From positions 13,388 through 77,387 of the forward strand of contig JAXFZD010000018.1 in NCBI GenBank assembly GCA_034185265.1: a stretch of DNA of 64,000 nt. Direction: 5' to 3'. The notes beneath the pieces were generated by a model that worked only from the letters and a program-made list of their open reading frames with translations, did not search any database and was not told the origin of the DNA. Each line of letters starts with the position of its first letter. The stretch's first letter is position 1. Of this stretch, positions 21,304-30,756 are shown piece after piece. The DNA is from Bacilli bacterium (GTDB lineage: Bacteria; Bacillota_I; Bacilli_A; RFN20; CAG-826). The translations under genes were made by a program, and so were the position numbers.

Positions 21304-23421
21304 TTGCCTATGAAAGCAATAATGGCATTACCAAAAAGAATATTTACCAAAGACCATATGTTTACTTTCTTAAGAGGAAGTGTGCCTTTTCTTATTTTGC
21401 TCATTGTTTCATGTTTACCTTTCTCCGTCTTCTTTAAATCATCAGGAATTACCGGCGGAGACGATATTATCTGGCATTTAGTTTATATTTATGACTACAC
21501 GTATGGCCTAGAAAATGGATTTAATGGAATTGGGCCAAACCATCTTTTATTAGGAACAGTTGCTCATAACACTTATCTGTTCTATGCTTCTGTCCCTCAT
21601 TTAATCGTTGCTTATTTATATGAAGGCTTTAAAGGAGTTGGGGCAACAATCACTGGGACAATGAAGTTTGTTGCCGTTCTTTCCGTATATCTTTCTGGAA
21701 TCTTCACTTATCTACTTGTGATGAAGATGACAAAAGGAAATAAATTCATCGCTTTAATAGTCGGGATAGCTTATATATTCCAGCCTTATAGATTATGGAA
21801 TTTCTTTTATAGAATGGCCTATAATGAAGGATTTGCTGAAGGATTTATCCCACTTTTATGGCTTGGCGTATACGGAGTAATGCATGACAAGAAATATAAA
21901 GTATCTAACTATCTTTGTATTATCTTTGGTTCTTCTTTACTTATTTTATCTCACCCATTCACTGCTTTAGTTGCAGGCCTTGGTGCTGGAATTATTATCT
22001 TAGTTAATGTCCTCCAATTTAAACGTATATTCACCGATAAATTCCACCTTATTTCAATATTTGTTTCTATTTGTTTAATCTTTGGATTAGTTGCTTGGTA
22101 CCTTCTTCCAATGTATAAAGCAAGATCTACTGGTTACTACAACTTAACGAATGAAGTAACGATGTGGACCAATGTCGAACACCTAATTGCGGATTTATCA
22201 AAAACGGGTAAATTCTCGGGATTTATAAACTTTGATTGGCTAAAAACTTGGCCAAAGACCTTATACGGAGATAGCACTTCTTCTTGGGCAATTGATTTAT
22301 TTGTATTCCCATCCTTCTCCTCTATTGGAATGGCCCTACTGATTTTCTTCCATAAGAAGAATAAAACAGCAATCGGAATTTGTGCTGGATTAATCTCTGT
22401 TCTAGCTATTCTTTTATTCTCTAGAAGAGAAGAAGTTATGATGGCTATGTTCGCAATGATTTTAGGTATGGCAGCCTTCGTTTTCTTTGAAAAGCCTGCA
22501 GAACCCGACTTATTTAATAAAAAAGACGTAGTTTCTATATTTAAAAACCCTGAATTATATGCTGTTATCTTCATGTTAGTTCTAGACTTATTCTGGTTAT
22601 ATAACGAAGCAATTTGGAAGATAACTCCAGCTGTATTTAGACAAGCTCAATTCCCATTCAGATTCTGGGGCATATTTGGATTTGTTGCTTTATTTGCCCT
22701 TGTTCTTATCTGTAAGCCATTCTACAAATCTCAATGGTTCAAGGGAGCAGCCTTAGTCTCTACTTGCTTCTTAATGTGCATTGCAATGGGACCAGCTGAT
22801 AAACGTATTGCTCTACATAATGGCGGTGTCTTCTATTACGATAACAAACTATATTCTTACGCCACATCTAGATCCAAGATTGGTGTTATGAACGAATACG
22901 TACCTCAAGTATTTAACGATTCTAAATATAGAAGTGAATATACAAATTCTCTTTATTATCACGTTAGAAGACAAGTAAAAGGCCAAACAAAGTGGACATA
23001 TACCCTTGAAGAATATAAAGCACCTGTTTTCCTTGAAGGAACTGGTACATCTAACGTTACTGCTCTTGATACACCAAACGCAACATATGATATTACAATC
23101 ACTTCAGAAACAGCTTTAATCCAAGTTCCTCAATTCTATTATGATGGGTATCAAGTCGATTTTATTGGCAAAAACTCCACAGATCCTTCATATTCTGTTA
23201 AACCAATCTATATGGATGGATTACTTGCCTTCAGCGGAAAGAAAGGAGATTACAACGTATATCTCCATTATGTAGGAATGAAATCATATAGAGCTAGCGT
23301 TCCACTATTCTTCATTTCTTTAGCTGGATGTGTAGCTTTAGGAATCGTTGGATATGTTGTTCCTAAAGTCATTAAGGCAAAAAAAGACTCTGATTTATAT
23401 GACAAAGAAGCTAATAACTAA
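21304..23421 (+). CDS. GT-C-type membrane glycosyltransferase-like protein (PTPS-related/YfhO-like)
   Basis: GDDIIWH, PYR...F.R.AYNE, QFPFRF, C-terminal PQFYYDGY motifs; 12 or more TM segments; start uncertain. Confidence 0.7.
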   Translation: MPMKAIMALPKRIFTKDHMFTFLRGSVPFLILLIVSCLPFSVFFKSSGITGGDDIIWHLVYIYDYTYGLENGFNGIGPNHLLLGTVAHNTYLFYASVPHLIVAYLYEGFKGVGATITGTMKFVAVLSVYLSGIFTYLLVMKMTKGNKFIALIVGIAYIFQPYRLWNFFYRMAYNEGFAEGFIPLLWLGVYGVMHDKKYKVSNYLCIIFGSSLLILSHPFTALVAGLGAGIIILVNVLQFKRIFTDKFHLISIFVSICLIFGLVAWYLLPMYKARSTGYYNLTNEVTMWTNVEHLIADLSKTGKFSGFINFDWLKTWPKTLYGDSTSSWAIDLFVFPSFSSIGMALLIFFHKKNKTAIGICAGLISVLAILLFSRREEVMMAMFAMILGMAAFVFFEKPAEPDLFNKKDVVSIFKNPELYAVIFMLVLDLFWLYNEAIWKITPAVFRQAQFPFRFWGIFGFVALFALVLICKPFYKSQWFKGAALVSTCFLMCIAMGPADKRIALHNGGVFYYDNKLYSYATSRSKIGVMNEYVPQVFNDSKYRSEYTNSLYYHVRRQVKGQTKWTYTLEEYKAPVFLEGTGTSNVTALDTPNATYDITITSETALIQVPQFYYDGYQVDFIGKNSTDPSYSVKPIYMDGLLAFSGKKGDYNVYLHYVGMKSYRASVPLFFISLAGCVALGIVGYVVPKVIKAKKDSDLYDKEANN

Positions 23422-23448
23422 TTCCTATACCTTACATTTATAAATTTA

Positions 23449-23479
23449 GCCGCTAATTAATGAAGATTAGCGGTTTTTT
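23449..23479 (+). terminator. Intrinsic terminator
   Basis: GCCGCTAAT...ATTAGCGGT followed by TTTTT, between convergent genes. Confidence 0.7.
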
Positions 23480-23544
23480 AAATCAAAAAAGGTGCGTTAT
23501 TATAAAAACAAGGCACCCGTATATTAATATTTGAGAATTTTAGA

Positions 23545-24663
23545 TTATTTAGATAAACCTTTCATGAAGAACATTTTGTTCTCTTTAGCAGTTGTTGTAG
23601 GTCTTCCTAAATCTTCTCTTGCTCCTATTGCACATTTAACTTCAATAAACGAGAGTTCATTTCTTTCTTTAGCTGCTTCTAAAGCTTTATCAAGTTCTTC
23701 GAAAGAATCTACTTTAACAATATTAGGATATCCACATCCTTTAGCAATATCGGTTAAAACTACTGAATTCATGACAGTTGGTTGACCGCCAACTGTTTCA
23801 TGAGCTTCATTATTGATAACAATATGAACTATGTTTTTTGGAGCATAAGCGCCTAATACTGCCATAGAGCCTAAATGCATTAAAGCTGCACCATCGCCGT
23901 CAATTATCCAAATCTTCTTTTCTGGTTTCTGTAATGCGACAGCTAAAGCAATACTTGAAGAATGTCCCATAGAACCTACAGTAAGGAAATCATGCTCGTG
24001 TCCTTGTTTATTAGCTTCTCTAATTTCAAAAAGTTCTCTAGAAGCTTTTCCTGTTGTAGAAACAATTGGATCTTCTTTAGAAACTTTCACAATATGTTTA
24101 ATAATCTCTTCTCTAAGCATATTGTAGTTGTTTGCATATTTAACTTTTCCTTCGAATTCTAAAGCGCCTTTTCTAACTACAAAGCCGACTTGCTTGCCTT
24201 CTTTTAATAAAGGAAGGAATTCTTCCATCTTAGCTTTAACTTCTTCTAAAGTTGTTTCTTTAGAAATAATCATGTAAGGAATATCCATAGTGTCTAATAA
24301 CTTACAAGTTATTTCACCTTGGAAAATATGTTGAGGTTCATCATGAACTCCAGGTTCCCCTCTCCAACCAATTACAAAAATACATGGGATTCCATATACT
24401 TTATCATTCATTAAAGAGGCTACAGGGTTAATTACGTTACCTTCTCCACTATTTTGCATATAGACAACAGGAGTTTTTCCAGTTGCTAGATGATATCCAG
24501 CGGCTAGTCCAACTGCGTTACCTTCATTAGCCGCAATAATATGATTTTTTCCATTTACTCCATAAGTGGAAATTAAATAATTGCATAAAGCTTTAAGTTG
24601 GCTATCTGGAACTCCAGTATAAAAATCAGCACCTAAAATCTCTACAAAATCCTTAACATTCAT
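23545..24663 (-). CDS. aepY: Phosphonopyruvate decarboxylase
   Basis: GVPDSQLK, AANEGNA, YMQNSG, DEPQH, GSMGH, GDGAALM ThDP motif, HETVGGQPT. Confidence 0.95.
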   Translation of the reverse strand: MNVKDFVEILGADFYTGVPDSQLKALCNYLISTYGVNGKNHIIAANEGNAVGLAAGYHLATGKTPVVYMQNSGEGNVINPVASLMNDKVYGIPCIFVIGWRGEPGVHDEPQHIFQGEITCKLLDTMDIPYMIISKETTLEEVKAKMEEFLPLLKEGKQVGFVVRKGALEFEGKVKYANNYNMLREEIIKHIVKVSKEDPIVSTTGKASRELFEIREANKQGHEHDFLTVGSMGHSSSIALAVALQKPEKKIWIIDGDGAALMHLGSMAVLGAYAPKNIVHIVINNEAHETVGGQPTVMNSVVLTDIAKGCGYPNIVKVDSFEELDKALEAAKERNELSFIEVKCAIGAREDLGRPTTTAKENKMFFMKGLSK

Positions 24664-25378
24664 AGTTGTTATACTCCTTGTAATTCTTATCTATTACTTC
24701 AAGTTCTTCTACAGAATCAATCTCAACAATCTGCTTAGAAGAAACTTCATGTACTTCTAAATCGACATTTTTGATTTCTTGATTCACTATATCATCCCAG
24801 AATAAGTCCTCATAAGTCCCTGGCTTTTTATAAGCTTCCATAATTGCGTCAGAAATAATTTTCATATCTTTATTGTAAAAATATGCAACTCCGCACATAT
24901 TGAAGCAATTTCTACCTACTTTACCAACTCGAATTATTCTTCCATTTTCATCTTGCTCAAATACCCAATCTTCACTAAGTCCTTCAACAAACTTCCCATA
25001 ATAACAGGATTTTTCTAACTTAGCTAAAAATATGGAAGGATCTGAAATACATAAATCAGCTTCACAAATAAAGCAATTCTTATTTCCAATAAATGGAATT
25101 GCTGCATGAATTGACGAAATATTGTTAATTTGTTGATATTCTTTGTTTTCTATTAAAGTCAAATTAGGGTATTTCGTCTCTAAATATTTAAACTGTTCTC
25201 CCTTATATCCAACTACAACATAAATATGTTCTACTTCTCTAAGAAGAAGACCTTTGATAACAGTTTCAATCATAGGAACACCAAAAACTTTAACTAGAGG
25301 TTTTGGAACATAGTTAGTTAATGGTTTCATTCTGGTTCCTAGACCAGCAGCCATAAGAATAGCTATTTCGTTCTTCAT
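24653..25378 (-). CDS. LicC/PntC-like sugar-phosphate/phosphonate cytidylyltransferase
   Basis: AILMAAGLGTRMKPLT..PKPL, NNISS, FWDD, EIDS..EL; lies inside the aep operon. Confidence 0.85.
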   Translation of the reverse strand: MKNEIAILMAAGLGTRMKPLTNYVPKPLVKVFGVPMIETVIKGLLLREVEHIYVVVGYKGEQFKYLETKYPNLTLIENKEYQQINNISSIHAAIPFIGNKNCFICEADLCISDPSIFLAKLEKSCYYGKFVEGLSEDWVFEQDENGRIIRVGKVGRNCFNMCGVAYFYNKDMKIISDAIMEAYKKPGTYEDLFWDDIVNQEIKNVDLEVHEVSSKQIVEIDSVEELEVIDKNYKEYNNYEC

Positions 25379-25379
25379 T

Positions 25380-26681
25380 TTATAATTCGTCAATAAGAGT
25401 AATAATTTGTTTAATAGGCATTAATCTATCATCAACTTCTTTAGCTCTATGATATTTTAAAATATCTTCAGCTGTTTCTTTCATTGCTGGGAAAGCACTT
25501 CTAGTAAGTTGATTAGCGTAAATAATAATATTTACTCCGTGAGCAGCTAATTCTTCATTGGTAATTGTATTAAATGAAGAAGGAACAACTACAATAGGAG
25601 TAAGTTTATCTTTTTCTCTAAATTTATCGCAGAACTCAAGAATTTCAGCAGGATCTTTTTTTCTCGAATGAATCATAATTCCATCTGCCCCAGCTTCTAC
25701 ATAAGCAAAAGCTCTCTTAAGAGCATCTTCCATTCCTACTTCAAGAATTAAAGATTCTATACGAGCAATAATCATGAATTCATCAGTTAATTTAACTTTC
25801 TTTCCAGCTGAAATCTTAGCGCAGAAATTTTCGATAGAATCTTGAGTTTGTTTGACTTCGGTTCCAAATAATGAATTCTTCTTTAAACCTGTTTTATCTT
25901 CAATGATAATTGCGGAAACACCCATTCTTTCTAAAGAACGAACTGTGTAAACAAAGTGTTCAGTTAATCCGCCTGTATCTCCATCAAAGATAATTGGTTT
26001 AGTTGTAACTTCCATTATATCGTCGATTGTTCTAAATCTAGAAGTCATATCTACGAGTTCAATATCTGGCTTTCCTTTAGCTGTAGAATCACATAAAGAA
26101 GAAACCCACATAGCATCAAATTGATCTAATTTTCCGTTTCCTGTATCTACAACAGTCTTTTCAGCAATTAATCCAGTTAATCCTGAATGAGCTTCAATAG
26201 CTTTAACAAAAGGACAAATCCTAATTAACTGTTTAAGTCTTTTTCTTCTATATTCAGGCATGGAAAGTTTTTCTTTTAAAATAGCATCAACTTTCTTTAC
26301 TTCTTCATTTCTTGTATAAGGAACTTCAATAAGTTCTCCTCCATAGCTAGAAAGAAGTTTAATTAAATGCTCTCTTAATACACTTTCTGGACCTTCTTTC
26401 CAGTTATCTCCATGGATTACATAATCAGGATGAAGTTCATTGATTATGTTGTCATAGTGCATATTCTTTTGAACTACAACTTTACTTACTCCAGGGATAG
26501 CTTCATACAATTTAATACGTTCTTCTAAAGAAATTGTAGGGAATTTGTTATATCTAATAGAAGCTTCATCAGAAAGAGCTCCAACAATAACATCACCATA
26601 TTTTTTAGCTTGATTAACGATATTAAGATGTCCATCATGAATGACATCAGTAACAAAACAAGTGTAAATAGTTTTAGCCAT
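25380..26681 (-). CDS. aepX: Phosphoenolpyruvate mutase with N-terminal cytidylyltransferase-like domain
   Basis: HDGH (HIGH-like) and HGDNW in the N-domain; EAHSGL, DGDTGG, EDKTGLKKNS PEP-mutase signature. Confidence 0.96.
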   Translation of the reverse strand: MAKTIYTCFVTDVIHDGHLNIVNQAKKYGDVIVGALSDEASIRYNKFPTISLEERIKLYEAIPGVSKVVVQKNMHYDNIINELHPDYVIHGDNWKEGPESVLREHLIKLLSSYGGELIEVPYTRNEEVKKVDAILKEKLSMPEYRRKRLKQLIRICPFVKAIEAHSGLTGLIAEKTVVDTGNGKLDQFDAMWVSSLCDSTAKGKPDIELVDMTSRFRTIDDIMEVTTKPIIFDGDTGGLTEHFVYTVRSLERMGVSAIIIEDKTGLKKNSLFGTEVKQTQDSIENFCAKISAGKKVKLTDEFMIIARIESLILEVGMEDALKRAFAYVEAGADGIMIHSRKKDPAEILEFCDKFREKDKLTPIVVVPSSFNTITNEELAAHGVNIIIYANQLTRSAFPAMKETAEDILKYHRAKEVDDRLMPIKQIITLIDEL

Positions 26682-26686
26682 AAATA

Positions 26687-27817
26687 TTAATTCTCCTTAT
26701 AAATAACCGGGATTTGCACGTTATTTGCTCTTAAAGCTTCTTCAAAAACAACAAAGAAGTCTTTTATATCTTGTTCATCTATTGCTCCTAAAGCACATAA
26801 TCTAAACATACCTTGCTTTTCAACTTTTCCAGGATAAATAGTAAATCCTCTTTCATAACAATAGTCATGAACCTTCATGAAATCCCAATTTGGATCGTCA
26901 GGATAAAGCGCAGCGACAACTAGTCCAGATTGTAGGTCTCTTCTAATAAAATCTTTAAATCCAAGTCTATCTAAACCTTTATGAATTTCATTAAAGACTC
27001 TAGTATGTCTAGCCCACTTCGCTTCTTCGCCTTCTTCATAATATTCTTTTAATCCTTGAATAGCAGCGTAGATAGTTTGAACTGGAGGAGTAAAGTTCAT
27101 TTCTCCAGTCTTTTCAAAGTAGTCATATTGTCTAAAAAGGTTGCAATAATAACTTCTTTTTGGATAATCTTTGCTCTTTTCTATTTCTTTTCTATTTCCA
27201 ATAATGAAAGATAATCCTGTCATAGCCATGATTCCTTTTTGAGCGCTAGCCATACAGAAATCGATGTTATCTTTTTCTATATCAATAGGAATCATTGCTA
27301 AAGATGAAGTTGTATCTACAGTAAATATAGCTCCGTATTTATGAGCGAGTTCACCTAATTTTCTAATTGGATTAAGTAACCCTGTTCCAGTTTCATTATG
27401 AGTTGTATGAACTATATAAATATCAGGATTATTCTTTAATGTTTCTTCAACAAGAGCTAAATCAGGTTGCTGATCAATAGGGAATTTTAAATTTATATGG
27501 GATAAACCATAATATTCGCAAATTTGAACAGCTCTATTTGAGTAAGCTCCATTATTTACAACTAAAACTTTTTTGCCTTCAGGTAATAATGAATTTAAAA
27601 CAATATCAATATTAATAGTTCCAGATCCGCAGAATAAAACAGTTGTATATTTTTCTAGATCTCCATGAACTATACGGGTGATATCTTTTCTTAATCCTTT
27701 CATAAGTCCAGCAAATTCTTTTTCTCTAGGACAAATATCAGGAACAACCTGAGCAAGTTTAACAGAATCCGTCGTTGTTGAAGGTCCTGGATTTAACAAT
27801 ATATTTCTTTTAACCAT
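26687..27817 (-). CDS. aepZ: 2-aminoethylphosphonate aminotransferase (class V PLP)
   Basis: LLNPGP, HNETGTG.LNP, SAQKG, FTPP, GFTIYPGK. Confidence 0.92.
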   Translation of the reverse strand: MVKRNILLNPGPSTTTDSVKLAQVVPDICPREKEFAGLMKGLRKDITRIVHGDLEKYTTVLFCGSGTINIDIVLNSLLPEGKKVLVVNNGAYSNRAVQICEYYGLSHINLKFPIDQQPDLALVEETLKNNPDIYIVHTTHNETGTGLLNPIRKLGELAHKYGAIFTVDTTSSLAMIPIDIEKDNIDFCMASAQKGIMAMTGLSFIIGNRKEIEKSKDYPKRSYYCNLFRQYDYFEKTGEMNFTPPVQTIYAAIQGLKEYYEEGEEAKWARHTRVFNEIHKGLDRLGFKDFIRRDLQSGLVVAALYPDDPNWDFMKVHDYCYERGFTIYPGKVEKQGMFRLCALGAIDEQDIKDFFVVFEEALRANNVQIPVIYKEN

Positions 27818-27949
27818 AATAGAAATAAACTCCTTTATTTCTTAATCGAAATAATTCTACTTTAATAAGAAGAAAAAATATAGAAAAAACAAGGAAGAAA
27901 ATGTTTAACAAAGAATAACAAAAGGAACATAATACTGCTCGTTTCAAGT

Positions 27950-29260
27950 TTGCTTATGATTCCTACATTAATTATTTCAATAATTACATTTGTAGCTATA
28001 TTAGCTTCTTTATTCTTTTTTCCTAAGTTAAAAATAGGAAGAATAAGCATTTCAACTTACTGGGTAATAGCGTTAATTGGAGCAATAATTCTTCTTTCTT
28101 GCTCTTTGGCTCCTATAGAAGAAGTATTTAAACAGTTAATTGCAGATACTAAAATTAATCCTTTAAAGATATTGGTTTTATTCTTCTCGATGACTTTAAT
28201 ATCGATTTTCCTAGATGAATTTGGTTTATTTAATGCTTTAGCTGAACTAACTGTAAGAAAAGCAAAAGGTAATCAATATATTCTTTTCTTTGCTTTTTAT
28301 GGTTTAGTTGCTTTACTTACTATATTTACTTCTAACGATATAGTAATTCTAACTTTCACTCCCTTTATATGCTTTTTCTGCAAAAGAGGTCATCTAAATC
28401 CTCTTCCTTATCTAATAGCTGAATTTACCGCAGCTAACACTTGGTCATTAATGCTAATAATAGGAAATCCAACAAATATTTTTCTAGCAACTTCAGCAAA
28501 TATAGATTTTATTGAATATGTTAAAGTTATGGCTTTACCTACTCTTTGTGCAGGAATAGTTGAATTAGGTTTGATATTTATTCTTTTTAGAAAGAAACTA
28601 AAAGAGAAGATAAGCGTAGATCATCCAGAAAAGATATTAATTGAGAATAAAGTTCTTTTGGTTACTGGCATAATTCATCTTCTAGTTTGTTTAGTTTTCT
28701 TAGTTATTTCTTCATATATAAAGATGGAAATGTGGCTAATTTCAGCTATATGCGCCCTCTCTTTACTAGTTTGCACTATATTTATTTCTTTCTTTATGAA
28801 GAAGAGCCAACATTATTTTCTTGGAGCAGCTAAAAGACTTCCTTATCCTCTTATTCCGTTTTTCCTTTCTATGTTTGTAATTGTTGTAGCCTTTAATTAT
28901 CAAGGAATTTCATCCAAGATAGCCTCTTTCTTTGGAACCAACAACGTTATTTGGATATACGGATATTCTTCATTTATTGCTTCTAACTTAATAAATAATA
29001 TCCCAATGAGCATCCTTTATTCTTCTATCTCTTCTTCGTTCACTGGAACAAATTATATAAAAGCAACATATGCTTCTATAGTTGGAAGTAATATCGGAGC
29101 TTTCTTAACTCCTATGGGAGCTCTAGCAGGAATTATGTTTACTTCTCTTTTAAATGAACATGATGTCAAATTCTCTTTCTCTAACTTCATTAAATATGGA
29201 ACTATAATTTCAATTCCGACTATCTCGATAGCCCTATTGATGCTTTTTGTGCTTCTTTAA
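27950..29260 (+). CDS. ArsB/NhaD/citrate-transporter (IT superfamily) permease
   Basis: FTSNDIVIL.FTP, IIGNPTNI, SNLINNIP, GSNIGA.LTP.GALAG; start at 27950 or 27956. Confidence 0.85.
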   Translation: MLMIPTLIISIITFVAILASLFFFPKLKIGRISISTYWVIALIGAIILLSCSLAPIEEVFKQLIADTKINPLKILVLFFSMTLISIFLDEFGLFNALAELTVRKAKGNQYILFFAFYGLVALLTIFTSNDIVILTFTPFICFFCKRGHLNPLPYLIAEFTAANTWSLMLIIGNPTNIFLATSANIDFIEYVKVMALPTLCAGIVELGLIFILFRKKLKEKISVDHPEKILIENKVLLVTGIIHLLVCLVFLVISSYIKMEMWLISAICALSLLVCTIFISFFMKKSQHYFLGAAKRLPYPLIPFFLSMFVIVVAFNYQGISSKIASFFGTNNVIWIYGYSSFIASNLINNIPMSILYSSISSSFTGTNYIKATYASIVGSNIGAFLTPMGALAGIMFTSLLNEHDVKFSFSNFIKYGTIISIPTISIALLMLFVLL

Positions 29261-29275
29261 ATTAATCAAAATTCA

Positions 29276-29326
29276 AACTTATTTATGAACTATTTATTAA
29301 TTAAGTGTTTAACTTGTTTATGAACT
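29276..29326 (+). promoter_or_regulatory. 16-bp direct repeat upstream of the XRE-DUF3990 gene (candidate operator)
   Basis: AACTTATTTATGAACT (29276-29291) and AACTTGTTTATGAACT (29311-29326). Confidence 0.55.
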
Positions 29327-29360
29327 GGTGCATAATATAGTTGTAATAAGGGGATAGTAT

Positions 29361-30215
29361 ATGGATTTGAAAAAAGAAATACTTGTTTTGTGTCAAACAC
29401 TGAATCTAACTGAAAAAGAACTCGGTAATGAAATAGGTGTTTCTTTTGAAACAATAAATAACTGGAAAAATAATAGAAAGGATATAGATCCTACAAATTT
29501 AGAGAATTTTTATTCCTATGCATATTCAAAGGGTATTAAATTCAATTTAATTTTTGAGCAATTACTCGTCGAAGAATATACAGAGGCCGATAAAATAGTC
29601 TTATTTCATGGTGCGAAAAAGCCTTTTTCTCTGCCCATCAACATCAAAGAAAATTCAAAAGAAAGGAATGATTTTGGAGTAGGATTCTATTTAGGATCAT
29701 CATTTGAACAGGCTGCAAACTATATTTCTTATCTTGATATAAATGATGTTTATGCTTTTGCACTCAACACAAAGAATTTGAAAATAACAAAATTTGATGT
29801 TAATAATGAATGGATGCTTGAAATTGCTTATTATAGAGGTTGGATTGATGAATATAAAAATAAATCATTGCTTAAAAAAATAATACGCAAAATAGAAAAT
29901 TCTGATGTTATAGTTGCTCCAATTGCCGATAATCGAATGTTTGATATCATTAACGAATTTGTCGAGAACACAATCACCGATGAACAGTGTAAACATGCTC
30001 TAGCAGCAACAAATTTAGGTTTTCAATATGTATTAAAAACTGATAAAGCTGTAGAACAAACGGAATTATTGAGAAAAATGTATGTCTGTAAAAAGGAAAA
30101 AGACAACTGCACAATGCAAAGAATATCATTGACCAACAACGGCCTACAGAAAGTCCGTATGGCTAGAATTGAGTATAAAAATAAAGGAAAATATATTGAG
30201 GAGCTTTTTAAATGA
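29361..30215 (+). CDS. XRE HTH fused to DUF3990 domain
   Basis: LTEKELGNEIGVSFETINNW HTH; LFHG...NDFGVGFYL...QA...DVIVAPIADN DUF3990 pattern. Confidence 0.8.
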   Translation: MDLKKEILVLCQTLNLTEKELGNEIGVSFETINNWKNNRKDIDPTNLENFYSYAYSKGIKFNLIFEQLLVEEYTEADKIVLFHGAKKPFSLPINIKENSKERNDFGVGFYLGSSFEQAANYISYLDINDVYAFALNTKNLKITKFDVNNEWMLEIAYYRGWIDEYKNKSLLKKIIRKIENSDVIVAPIADNRMFDIINEFVENTITDEQCKHALAATNLGFQYVLKTDKAVEQTELLRKMYVCKKEKDNCTMQRISLTNNGLQKVRMARIEYKNKGKYIEELFK

Positions 30216-30709
30216 AACAATTAGATTCTTTAGAAATTAAATTATGTCAATTACAAGGAAAACTTTTTGAAGCGTCAGTAAATAAAACTCCATATAGCTC
30301 CCCTGTTTTTATAAGACGTTTTATGTTATCCACTGTTGCTAATTCTTTTGACAACAAAAGTTTTTTATTCCAAACCATATCTTTTGAAGATTGCTTTGAT
30401 ATGATTGACATGGAGTTTGGCAAAACTTCCTATGGAAAAACTAAATACACAGCAGATCAAATGTTCTGGATTGGCTATATTTATAGATGCATTTCAATTA
30501 AATACAATTTAAGAAGTAAAGTTGTCTATCATCTATTTAACGCTGAAGATATAGTTAAGTTTTATAACATAGGACACACTTTTGATCCTGTTGACATGGC
30601 CGAAAGAATGATGGAAAGTATCAATTATGATACAAGGTCAAACTATGAAAAAAGTCTTTCTATAATGAGAAAACTTATTCAAGAAGAAAAGGAATCTAGC
30701 ACTATTTAA
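30212..30709 (+). CDS. Hypothetical partner of the DUF3990 protein
   Basis: 4-nt ATGA overlap with the upstream gene; SPVFIRRFM and FWIGYIYR motifs. Confidence 0.7.
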   Translation: MKQLDSLEIKLCQLQGKLFEASVNKTPYSSPVFIRRFMLSTVANSFDNKSFLFQTISFEDCFDMIDMEFGKTSYGKTKYTADQMFWIGYIYRCISIKYNLRSKVVYHLFNAEDIVKFYNIGHTFDPVDMAERMMESINYDTRSNYEKSLSIMRKLIQEEKESSTI

Positions 30710-30756
30710 AATAAAAAACCGGTAAATCCCGGTTAAAATTCTTAAAATCGCTGTTT

